From Verrucomicrobiota bacterium (GTDB lineage Bacteria; Verrucomicrobiota; Verrucomicrobiia; Methylacidiphilales; JBCBYL01), in contig JBCBYL010000002.1 in assembly GCA_039815855.1 (NCBI GenBank), positions 1 through 47,929 of the forward strand: DNA of 47,929 nt. The letters are read 5' to 3'. The position numbers were made by a program, and so were the translations under genes. The notes beneath the pieces were generated by a model, which was not told the origin of the DNA, searched no databases, and worked only from the letters and a program-made list of their open reading frames with translations. Of this stretch, positions 26,927-36,156 are shown piece by piece. The stretch's first letter is position 1; the number at the start of each line of letters is the position of its first letter.

Positions 26927-28005
26927 GAATGAAGAACAGAGAACGCGGATTTTCCCTCATTGAGATGATTGCCGCCATCTCCGTCTTTACCATCATCTCC
27001 CTCATGATGGTGAGCATGGTGGACGGTGTTACTGGCGCCGTGAGGGCCTCCAATAAAACCTTGGACATGGATAGTGAGGCCCGGCTCATCTTTGGCCTCA
27101 TCCAACGTGATTTAGATCAAATCGTCAGTTCCGGCGCAGCCGATCTGCAAACAATTAAGAAGCCCGATAATGACATCTTCTATTTCTTTACTGAATCACC
27201 CGCTTTTAACGATTTTAATCAGCAGGACACTGGAAAATACTCTGTTGTCGGCTACCGCACTTCTACGAAAAAGAATGACCCCCTCTCCCTTCAACTGGAA
27301 CGCTTTGGGATCGGTCTCGCCTGGGATAGCAATGCTTCTAATGGAGCAAATAGCAATACAGGACCCGATCAGATGGTTTTCACCAGTTACAATCCTACTG
27401 ATGGGACAGTGAGACCTGAAGTGCAGATCAGACCCGAAGGACAATTAGATTCTCAGTCTCGTTGGAATGCTATAATAAATGATGGGATAGCGGCTGAGGA
27501 TTCTCCTTTTTTCTCTGTCATTGGCCCCCAGCTCATCCGCTTTGAATATTGCTTTCTCCTCAAGGATGGATCTTATTCTAATTTTCCGGTGATCGGCCCT
27601 GATCCTAACAACCCACCAACTACCAATGGCAATGACCCCGATAATGGAACAAGCGGAAATGTAGGAGATCGCTTGTTTAATTTGGATACAGGTCGTGCTT
27701 TTGCCTGCACCGCTGTCAACTTGGGGACTGGTAACCGCACTTGGCTTCATCACGGGCTCAATGATGTGGCCGCCATTGTCTTCACCATCGTCCTCATGGA
27801 TGAACGCTCACGCTTGATCGCGGGCGATACCAACCTGCTCGTTTCACGATTTCTGGATCTGGATAATACCGAATTACAAGCTAGTCTTCCCTTAGAAACC
27901 TGGTCTGACGAGATCAATGATCCTAACTTCGCCACCATCGCCGGAATTCCCCTGGAAGCCGCGCAGAATCTCAAAGTCTATCAACGTTTCCTCTACCTCG
28001 ATTAA
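26923..28005 (+). CDS. Prepilin-type N-terminal cleavage/methylation domain protein (GspJ/PilW-sized minor pseudopilin-like)
   Basis: 360 aa starting MRMKNRERG/FSLIEMIAAISVF with Glu at +5. An ATGA overlap joins it to the upstream gene. Confidence 0.75.
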   Translation: MRMKNRERGFSLIEMIAAISVFTIISLMMVSMVDGVTGAVRASNKTLDMDSEARLIFGLIQRDLDQIVSSGAADLQTIKKPDNDIFYFFTESPAFNDFNQQDTGKYSVVGYRTSTKKNDPLSLQLERFGIGLAWDSNASNGANSNTGPDQMVFTSYNPTDGTVRPEVQIRPEGQLDSQSRWNAIINDGIAAEDSPFFSVIGPQLIRFEYCFLLKDGSYSNFPVIGPDPNNPPTTNGNDPDNGTSGNVGDRLFNLDTGRAFACTAVNLGTGNRTWLHHGLNDVAAIVFTIVLMDERSRLIAGDTNLLVSRFLDLDNTELQASLPLETWSDEINDPNFATIAGIPLEAAQNLKVYQRFLYLD

Positions 28006-28007
28006 CC

Positions 28008-31000
28008 ATGTCTATGAAATTCAAAGACCTTAGAACCTCTCAATCCTCACGGCGCGGAGCCGCTCTGATCATTGTTCTGGCCATGATCGTCCTCCTCTCT
28101 GGACTGATCCTGGCCTTCTTCTCCCGCAGCCTCCTCCAGATGCAAATCTCATCGAGTAGCTCCAATCAGGTTAAAGTCGACCAATTTACGCAGGGAGCGC
28201 TTCAACAGGTCATCGGTGATTTCATCGCAGAAATTCAAGATCCAGCCAATAACACCGACCAATCTCCCTACCCTGCTCCAAATGGCGGACGAACTATTTA
28301 CATCCCTAGGAATCCCGAAAACGCGGTTCCTCAGCTCTCTGGGGTGACACTTGCGGATGTTTACAATCCAACACAGCCAACAGGTTTGGAAAATCTCCTG
28401 AAGGTCAGTCGCTCGAATGTGGAATTTTACCCATCCGGTCCAAACCGGGCCGCAGCCGCATCGACCGCCACCCCATCCCTCAATGGCCGCCTCTTCACTC
28501 CAGAACGTTGGAATAAGCCCCTCCTCATGCAGGCCACTTCACTTAGCGACCTTACTCCGGCGGGAAATTTCCCAACTCCGGACTGGATCCTCGTCGCGCG
28601 GGATGGAAGCAACCCGACCACCCTTGCCGCAGCCCAGTGGACTAATAACGGTGCCTCCAGCCAGACCGTGGTCGGACGCTATGCCTTCACCGTTTATAAT
28701 GAAGGCGGCCTTCTCGATGCCAATGTCGCCGGCTTTGATTCGACTGCAGTCGCTAACTTTGGAACGGTGACCAATCCCAGCCAATATAAGAGCAGTGTCG
28801 CTTACGCAGATGTAAGTCAAATTTTTGAGCAGGGTGGAGCATCTCCGTCAAACGCTGATAATCTGGTAGATCAATTGGTCCAGTGGCGAAATGCAGCCAC
28901 GCTCTCGGCAAGTGACCCTTCAGAAAGCTTCTTCCAATGGGCCACCTATAACCCGTTCGGCTTTCTCAGACCGGCCAATCAGCAGCTGTCCGGAACCCAG
29001 AGCGACCGCCAATTCGTCAGCCGCCAGCAACTCATCGAATTCTTTGATGATCGGCTCAACGCCAGCAGCGATAACGCGGTCCTCGATGCCCTCCAATACC
29101 TCGGCACCTACAGCCGGACCCTCAACCAGCCCTCTTTCTACCGTATGCAGGGGCTGGATAGCAGTTTGCCAAACCATGATCCGGGAGTGGGACTTATACA
29201 AACCTACAACGCTGGCCAAACTGCGGGCTGGAATTCAAATTACGGAAATTCAGCGGCGACATTTGATGCCGTAATCAACCCCATTCTCGCTTCAATTACT
29301 GCGGCCACTGCCGGGACACGTCTTGATGGCACCCCTTTTCAAGCACAGGAACCCTTATTGAAAAAACGTTTTCCGCTCAATCGCCTGGCTTGGGTGACCT
29401 ACAAAGGGCCCAGTGCGTCCCTGCCGCCTGGTGATCCACTTATGGTCGCCTTACGAGATGAAGGAATCACTCAAGATTTTCTTGATCGTGGGACCGCACA
29501 AGCCGTTCAAGATGCTTTCGGACTGATTTGGAGTGGCAATAGTGGTGGCCCTAACGGAGTCGCGGGCTATTGGCTTTATGACAACCAACAAGCTCATGCT
29601 TCGCCGGCCGGCTCCAACCCAATCAACCTGCTCAACAACCCAATGACTCCAGCCAACGGAGTCGACAACCAGGGAAGAGAACCCGACTTCTTTGAACTAC
29701 TAAGAGCAACCATCAATGCCGGGGCACTCGGTCGCACCTTGACAACGGCAAATGTGGGCGGCTCCAGCGCATCTACCTCTTATACCAATGACATTGCCCG
29801 CCGTATCAACAACCAGATTATTCAGGTTGGCGCCAATATCATAGATCAATTCGATCCGGACAATTTTCCCACTCGGATTGTTTTTGCCGATGTAAATCTC
29901 CAATCTGCAGGTCGGACCTGGTCATTCTGGGGGGTTGAAGATCTGCCGTATTGGCTTGGTGCCACCGTCGCCAGTGTTGTGATTACTCAACCTGATCCTA
30001 TTCCTAACATGGGAAATATGAACGTTACACAAAATGCGGCTAATCCGGTGCGCAACGTTGCTGGTGGAACGAATCCACTGAGTTACCCTGATCAGACAGG
30101 TGAGGGGATTGCCCTTATGATTCCCTATCTCTGGAATCCGCATGACACTCCCAGTTCACCATTTTCGGACACGTCACCTCTCTCCCCCCAGGAGCTTCGT
30201 ATCTGTGTCAGCACCAACAACCAGGGCCACTGGAGTAGTATTGGCTCTTTCACGGGGACTGGAGTCAGAATGTTTTCTAGAGATCCCGACAATGGAAATG
30301 ATGGCGTGCAAAATCTGGCGGGGAGCTTGGTCTCAAATCCCACCCCCACGGATGGGCCCGAATTTGAAACCAACTGGGATGATGCCAGCTTCATCAGCCA
30401 GAATTCGAATACGGGTGTTTTTGATTTTGCCAGTGATAACCCGACGGCCCTTTATTTCTATCGAAATAATGACAATCCTGCGGATTCAGGCCATGAAGTT
30501 TTCCGAAATCCGACTCCCCTACTCAAACTCGATAATGCCTCTAATCCCGGAACATCAAGGGAGCATACTGGCCTTCATTTGGAAAATTCTAACCTGATTG
30601 TAACGGAAGGCGGTCAAACCGCTGATAACGGAGTGGTAGAGGCTGTCACCGGAGAGCGTTTCGCCGGTTTCTACATGGGAGGCCCCTATCCACTGCGTTT
30701 TAATAGAGAAAACTATTTATTTGATCCTGGCGATCCTTCAGCTATCCCCCCCGTTCCTGAAGATAGGGACACTGCGACCCATACTGTTTTTCAATTTCAG
30801 ACAAACGGAGGATGGAACCGAGGCTTCACTTTCTCTCTGGAATATGCTGACCCAGACAATCCGGGCAATTGGATTATCTACAAACAAATCTTCACTGTTT
30901 ATAATCCTGTCATTGCCTCTGGTACTGGTAATAATGGTATGCCCATTCCCTCCAGAGTTGTGCCTGGAGCAAACCCTGTCATGGCGCGGCCACTGCTTGA

Positions 31001-32087
31001 GGGCCTGAAAACAGCTTCCACCGTCGGCGTAAGGCGCATTGGCATTATGGCATTTGATCCTCGCACCATGAGCTTTGTTTCCAGGCAAAGGAATGAGCTG
31101 CCAGCGTGGATTACAACCACCGAGTCAGGTAATACACTCCCTCCCGGGCTTCAAACTGAGACGATGTCGCCTAGTAATACCTCTGGTGGTAATAAAGGTG
31201 TCTCACTGGCAAAAGATTACTTTTATTTAGACGACGGTTATGTACGGGATAGCGACAATGTGCTTCGTCGGCCCATGGGTGGGTTTGTACCTGATATCAC
31301 TGCCAGAAATGCTTCCACTACAGTTGGTCTCCCAGAAGCCACGATTGATCAGGCGGACGAAGCATTGAATCGGCCTATCATGTTGAACCGGCCTTTCCGC
31401 AATGTGGGAGAGCTAGGACATGTCTTTATCGATAGCCCGTGGAAAAATATTGATTTTTCCTCGCCTGAAAGCGGTTGGACTGGCCTCCTCGATGTCTTCT
31501 GTATTACTGAGGATATCACTCCAAATGGCTTGGCCGCTGGTAAGGTTGACCTCAATACCCGCCAAGCTCCCGTGCTGACGGCGATACTTGTGAATGCTTA
31601 TCGTGATGCCCAAAATGACCCTCCGGCTTTGGTTGATCCGATAACAGAGCAAGAAGCTCTCGGCCTATCGCAAGCCTTGGTGGCTCGAACAAACGCCGTC
31701 AGTAGCGCTAGCCCAGGCCAAGGCCCATTGATACAGGTCGGAGATCTTGTAGGACGGTACGCCACTGGCGCCGATTCGGGGTCGGCTAATGCGGATCCTT
31801 ACAGCGGGTTCAGCCTAGATCTGACTTTATCCGGAACGCCCGACGCCCCTAGTAATGTTGTGCAGCGATTGCGTGAATCTCCTATCCGAGCACTTTCTAG
31901 TGCTGGTCAGGCAGGCACCTGGAATCTCATGATTGACCTCGTCACCCAAACCGGCAAGTATCCTGTCAACGCACGTGATTTAAATGACTTTACGGTCGAG
32001 GCAGAGCGTCGAGTATGGCTTCATGTGGCTATCGATCGCCTCACCGGGGAAATCATTGATCAGCAAATCGAGGTAGTCTCAGAATGA
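28008..32087 (+). CDS. Giant GspK/PilX-like pseudopilin-related protein (Verru_Chthon cassette protein A-like)
   Basis: 1359 aa. The N-terminus SRRG/AALIIVLAMIVLLSGLILAFF lacks Glu at +5, as in GspK. The C-terminal region has RPFRNVGELGHVF and KVDLNTRQAPVLTAIL, which resembles the GspK NxNTA...L signature. It starts 2 nt after the upstream stop. Confidence 0.7.
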   Translation: MSMKFKDLRTSQSSRRGAALIIVLAMIVLLSGLILAFFSRSLLQMQISSSSSNQVKVDQFTQGALQQVIGDFIAEIQDPANNTDQSPYPAPNGGRTIYIPRNPENAVPQLSGVTLADVYNPTQPTGLENLLKVSRSNVEFYPSGPNRAAAASTATPSLNGRLFTPERWNKPLLMQATSLSDLTPAGNFPTPDWILVARDGSNPTTLAAAQWTNNGASSQTVVGRYAFTVYNEGGLLDANVAGFDSTAVANFGTVTNPSQYKSSVAYADVSQIFEQGGASPSNADNLVDQLVQWRNAATLSASDPSESFFQWATYNPFGFLRPANQQLSGTQSDRQFVSRQQLIEFFDDRLNASSDNAVLDALQYLGTYSRTLNQPSFYRMQGLDSSLPNHDPGVGLIQTYNAGQTAGWNSNYGNSAATFDAVINPILASITAATAGTRLDGTPFQAQEPLLKKRFPLNRLAWVTYKGPSASLPPGDPLMVALRDEGITQDFLDRGTAQAVQDAFGLIWSGNSGGPNGVAGYWLYDNQQAHASPAGSNPINLLNNPMTPANGVDNQGREPDFFELLRATINAGALGRTLTTANVGGSSASTSYTNDIARRINNQIIQVGANIIDQFDPDNFPTRIVFADVNLQSAGRTWSFWGVEDLPYWLGATVASVVITQPDPIPNMGNMNVTQNAANPVRNVAGGTNPLSYPDQTGEGIALMIPYLWNPHDTPSSPFSDTSPLSPQELRICVSTNNQGHWSSIGSFTGTGVRMFSRDPDNGNDGVQNLAGSLVSNPTPTDGPEFETNWDDASFISQNSNTGVFDFASDNPTALYFYRNNDNPADSGHEVFRNPTPLLKLDNASNPGTSREHTGLHLENSNLIVTEGGQTADNGVVEAVTGERFAGFYMGGPYPLRFNRENYLFDPGDPSAIPPVPEDRDTATHTVFQFQTNGGWNRGFTFSLEYADPDNPGNWIIYKQIFTVYNPVIASGTGNNGMPIPSRVVPGANPVMARPLLEGLKTASTVGVRRIGIMAFDPRTMSFVSRQRNELPAWITTTESGNTLPPGLQTETMSPSNTSGGNKGVSLAKDYFYLDDGYVRDSDNVLRRPMGGFVPDITARNASTTVGLPEATIDQADEALNRPIMLNRPFRNVGELGHVFIDSPWKNIDFSSPESGWTGLLDVFCITEDITPNGLAAGKVDLNTRQAPVLTAILVNAYRDAQNDPPALVDPITEQEALGLSQALVARTNAVSSASPGQGPLIQVGDLVGRYATGADSGSANADPYSGFSLDLTLSGTPDAPSNVVQRLRESPIRALSSAGQAGTWNLMIDLVTQTGKYPVNARDLNDFTVEAERRVWLHVAIDRLTGEIIDQQIEVVSE

Positions 32088-32836
32088 TAAAATATATCCC
32101 CATTATTCTCATTACTTCCCTTATGATTTCAACATGTGGGGCTCTGGCTCAGGAAAAATCTGAGGGCCTTCAAAAACCACCACTTCCCAAAGGGCCAATC
32201 GTGCGAAAAATCAGTGATAATGAGGCGTGGCGAATATCGATTGGTAGCTTGAGTTCCGAAGAAAAGACTTACTCCAATTTGATGGAATACATGATCAATG
32301 GCAGGGGAAATGAAGGGAAAAGAGAAGTATTCTTACGCCGTGTTAAGCCTGTCTGGCATATCAGTATGAAAGGACAGGAGAAGACGTACGAAATATGGTC
32401 CGATGGCTACCAAATGATCGATAAGGATTCAACTAAGGAAAAATTCGGACTGCTCGACTTTGGTTCTAACAATGTTGATGAAGAGGGAATCACCGAGGAA
32501 GAACTCTACAATGAACCATCAATCGTTGGTGAGATAGCAAATAGCATAAGCGGCGATGAATTCCCCGGCTTCCGGGGGCTCAAACCCAAACACTATCAGG
32601 GCGTCGAGGAGTTCAATGGACAACTGTTTCAAATCTTTCAACGAGGAAGTGTCACGCTATGGGTATTCCCGAAAACTAAGGAGCCAATAGCTTGGAACCA
32701 AGGTAATGAAGTGCGTGTTTTTAAGAGGGTCAATGCTTCTGGCAAAATAAAAATACCCCAGGACATCAAGGCCATTTTTGAGAAGTTTAAGAAAGACCGT
32801 GACGTTCTATTTGTTCCCCCTGCTTACGGTGGCTAG
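32084..32836 (+). CDS. Secreted hypothetical protein, translationally coupled to the cassette
   Basis: 250 aa with signal peptide MIKYIPIILITSLMISTCGALAQ. An ATGA overlap joins it to the giant gene. It is visibly more AT-rich than its neighbours. Confidence 0.6.
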   Translation: MIKYIPIILITSLMISTCGALAQEKSEGLQKPPLPKGPIVRKISDNEAWRISIGSLSSEEKTYSNLMEYMINGRGNEGKREVFLRRVKPVWHISMKGQEKTYEIWSDGYQMIDKDSTKEKFGLLDFGSNNVDEEGITEEELYNEPSIVGEIANSISGDEFPGFRGLKPKHYQGVEEFNGQLFQIFQRGSVTLWVFPKTKEPIAWNQGNEVRVFKRVNASGKIKIPQDIKAIFEKFKKDRDVLFVPPAYGG

Positions 32837-33006
32837 TAAACATACTGCGCTTTTTAAATTAATTCGCTTAAAAAGCGTCAAGAAACCTGCGAATCCTAAG
32901 AGATGCAGAATAAACAACATGACTTAAGAGCTCCTTTTCTGCTTTACGGAACTAAGACGTCGGTGAGATATGAAACAATAAAAACGAGACATTTATCAAA
33001 CCAGCA

Positions 33007-34476
33007 GTGCAAGTCACTCATCACCTCCTAGAGAAGGCAATCATTTATATCACCTTGCTGCGGCGAGGCGTTTTGGCGAGGATCAGTCAGGGGTTGTTGG
33101 TCTTTCTTCTAGGGCTTTCTTCGCTTGCTTTAGCGGAGGACCAGCCTCCCAATATCATTTTCTTCCTCACGGATGATCAGCGGGATGATGTCCTCGGCTG
33201 TTACGGGAACGAACTGGCGAAAACCCCCACCATCGACGACCTTGCCTCAGAAGGAATCCGCTTCGAAAATTCCTTCTGTCAGGTCCCGATCTGCGCTGCG
33301 AACCGCGCCACCATTCTTTCCGGACTATCCCAGCGGACCCACGGACACAACTTTGGCAAACCACCGGTCCCCTCTGAATACATCGCCAGTAGTTACCCGA
33401 AGGTGCTCAAAGAGGCTGGCTACCGCATCGGCTTTGCTGGGAAATATGGAATGAAATTCGCCGACCCGGGGCTTCAGCAGGAATTCGATTTTTTTAAGAA
33501 GATTGACCGCAATCCTTATATCAAAAAACTGAAAGACGGCACCCGGCGCCATGAGACGGATCTCTGTGCTGATGCGACGATCGAATTCATTCAATCCAAC
33601 CCAGAAGGCAAACCATTCTGCATGTCCGTCAGTTTTAACGCCACCCATGCGGAGGACGGTGATAAACGACCGGGCTACCACTTCCAATGGCCGGAATCCG
33701 CCGACGGTCTATTTGACGATATCACCATGCCGGAGCCCTATCAGGCAGATGAGAAATTCTACCAAGCGCTTCCCTCCTTTCTCCAAAACCCTAAGGAACT
33801 CAATCGTCAGCGTTTCTTTTGGCGCTGGGACACTCCTAAAAAATACCAGACCAACATGCGAGCCTATTTCCGACTGGCGAACGGGATTGACCAGGCTATC
33901 GCACGCGTCATCGAAGCGCTCCAAGCCAAAGGGCTCAGTGAGAACACCATTATTATCTACACCGGCGATAACGGGCTTATGATGGGAGACCGTGGTCTGG
34001 CCGGTAAATGGAATCCCTATGAGCAGTCCCTGCGGGTTCCATTAATCATTTATGACCCACGCCTCCCGGAGGCCCTGCGCGGCCAAGTGCTCCCTCACCT
34101 CGCCAACAGCGTCGATCTGGCGCCAACTATGGTGGACTACGCCGGGGTCAATCTACCCGAAGTTTATCAGGGACGCTCTCTCTTGCCCATGATCCGGGGG
34201 CAGCGGATTGCCTGGCGTGAAGACATTTTCTGCCAGCACCACTTTAAACGATTTAACGATTGGCATGCGGTGCGCGACCAGCGCTACAAATACGCGGTTT
34301 ACTATGATCAGCCCTATGAAGCCCTCTTTGACCTTCAGGAAGATCCAGGCGAACTGATCAACCTCGCTGACAACCCTCACTACGCAGACATCCTGAAGCA
34401 GAAAAAAGAACGGCTCCAGGATTACCTCTCCCGTTTCCCAAAGGCTCCAGAGAAGAAACCCAAGAATAAGAAATAG
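33007..34476 (+). CDS. Sulfatase (Cys-type)
   Basis: 489-aa ORF from a GTG. It has PNIIFFLTDDQRDD and the active-site motif CAANRATILSG (C-x-A-x-R). The true start may be a downstream TTG, for example 33073, just before the signal peptide. Confidence 0.88.
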   Translation: MQVTHHLLEKAIIYITLLRRGVLARISQGLLVFLLGLSSLALAEDQPPNIIFFLTDDQRDDVLGCYGNELAKTPTIDDLASEGIRFENSFCQVPICAANRATILSGLSQRTHGHNFGKPPVPSEYIASSYPKVLKEAGYRIGFAGKYGMKFADPGLQQEFDFFKKIDRNPYIKKLKDGTRRHETDLCADATIEFIQSNPEGKPFCMSVSFNATHAEDGDKRPGYHFQWPESADGLFDDITMPEPYQADEKFYQALPSFLQNPKELNRQRFFWRWDTPKKYQTNMRAYFRLANGIDQAIARVIEALQAKGLSENTIIIYTGDNGLMMGDRGLAGKWNPYEQSLRVPLIIYDPRLPEALRGQVLPHLANSVDLAPTMVDYAGVNLPEVYQGRSLLPMIRGQRIAWREDIFCQHHFKRFNDWHAVRDQRYKYAVYYDQPYEALFDLQEDPGELINLADNPHYADILKQKKERLQDYLSRFPKAPEKKPKNKK

Positions 34477-34479
34477 GGT

Positions 34480-35919
34480 ATGTTCATACGATTACACTAC
34501 GCGCTACTTGCTAGTCTAGTCTGCTATGGCTCTCTGGCTGTAGGAAATGAGAGGCCTAATATCCTGTTTATCTCGGCAGATGACTTGAATGACGTTCCGA
34601 CCTTCATGGGGACCTATGAGGGGGCGATTACGCCGAATATGGATCGCTTGGCTGCCAGTGGAGTCGCTTTCCTGAATGCTCATGTGCAATACCCGATCTG
34701 TGGGCCGTCGAGGGCATCCATTATGTCCGGCATTTTGCCGACGACGCTTGGGTATGCAACGCATCCCAATGATAATGCGGTCCAAGAGCGTGCCCAGGAG
34801 TTAGGGGGCGATACGATTCCGAATTACTTTAAGCAAAGTGGCTACAAGGTGATGGGCGTCGGTAAGCTGTTCCATAAGCACTTACCTGAGGGCACTTTTA
34901 CGGAAAGTGGCACACGGGGTGGTGGCTTTGGCGGATTTGGTGGCTCCTACAGCAAACATAAACGCAATTACCCGTATCCCGGGACCGGCACCGATTGGGG
35001 AGTGACCGATACACCGGATAAACCCATGCCGGATGAAAAGAATGCGGATTGGGTGATTCAGCGTCTGCAACAACAACACGATGCACCCTTTCTACTCATG
35101 CTCGGGCTGCTTCGACCGCATGTACCCTGGATTGTCCGGCAGGAGTATTTCGATCGCTATCCGGAGCCGGAAAAAATCCAGATGATGCCTTACAAGGCAG
35201 ACGATTTGGATGATGTTCCTGAGATCAGCCGAAGGCTAAACATCCACTCAGCAATGCCGCAGACAGACTGGTTGATTCGGACAGGTAAATGGAATTTCAT
35301 GATGCATGCCTACTTGGCATCGACGACGTTCATTGATGATCAAATTGGCCGGGTGCTGGATGCTTTGGAGGCGAGCCCCTATGCCAATAATACCATCGTC
35401 GTTTTCTGGTCGGACCACGGTTATCATTTGGGTGAAAAGGGGACGACCCAGAAACACAGCCTCTGGCAGCGTTCGTCGCGGGTGCCATTCATCATCGCAG
35501 GTCCGGGGATCAAGCCGGCCCTATCGAAGCGGGCGGTGGGACTCATCGATCTGTTCCCCACTCTGGTAGAGTTGTGCGGCATCGAACCCCTTGACGCCTG
35601 GGAAGGCCGTAGTCTGGTTCCTCTACTGGAAGACCCGGATAAGCCGTGGGATCATCCAGTCATCACCTCTTGGGCTGGGAGTAATTATGCTGTGCAGACT
35701 GAGCGGTATCGATATATCCGTTACACGGACGGCTCGGAAGAACTCTACGACCACGAGAAAGACCCGCATGAATGGAAAAATTTGAGCGCGCTATCTGAAT
35801 ACGATTCTCTGAAGCAGACGCTTTCAAAAGGCATTCCCACCGTGGATAACTCTAGTCCAACGCATGTGAAATCAATGATCGGAAGCATAAATCGCTACAG
35901 AGATCGTGTGTTGGAGTAA
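34480..35919 (+). CDS. Sulfatase (Cys-type)
   Basis: 479 aa with a signal peptide, NILFISADDLND, and the active-site motif CGPSRASIMSG. It starts 3 nt after the previous sulfatase gene. Confidence 0.9.
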   Translation: MFIRLHYALLASLVCYGSLAVGNERPNILFISADDLNDVPTFMGTYEGAITPNMDRLAASGVAFLNAHVQYPICGPSRASIMSGILPTTLGYATHPNDNAVQERAQELGGDTIPNYFKQSGYKVMGVGKLFHKHLPEGTFTESGTRGGGFGGFGGSYSKHKRNYPYPGTGTDWGVTDTPDKPMPDEKNADWVIQRLQQQHDAPFLLMLGLLRPHVPWIVRQEYFDRYPEPEKIQMMPYKADDLDDVPEISRRLNIHSAMPQTDWLIRTGKWNFMMHAYLASTTFIDDQIGRVLDALEASPYANNTIVVFWSDHGYHLGEKGTTQKHSLWQRSSRVPFIIAGPGIKPALSKRAVGLIDLFPTLVELCGIEPLDAWEGRSLVPLLEDPDKPWDHPVITSWAGSNYAVQTERYRYIRYTDGSEELYDHEKDPHEWKNLSALSEYDSLKQTLSKGIPTVDNSSPTHVKSMIGSINRYRDRVLE

Positions 35920-36156
35920 GCGTAAGTCAGACGTATCTAAAGCAGCAAAATGCGGACTGTCGCATGACACATTATGGCCACTCAATAGTGAGTGACCCGC
36001 ATCTCTTGTAATCCTTAAGCAACTAAGATATGAAACGTGTTAATTTAGTTTAGATAGATGAATTGTTAATTTAGCTTGCTAATTTCCCTTAAACTGAAAA
36101 GATTACGATCAGCTAGCTAATGCGGTAAGAAGCGTTACTAACGAGGTGATGATGCG

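Noticed and set aside
32848-32877. 9-bp hairpin cgcttttta/taaaaagcg after the fifth cassette gene, considered as a terminator
   Set aside because: The loop is 12 nt, the stem is AU-rich, and no U-tract follows. It is at best a weak terminator and is not reported as a feature.
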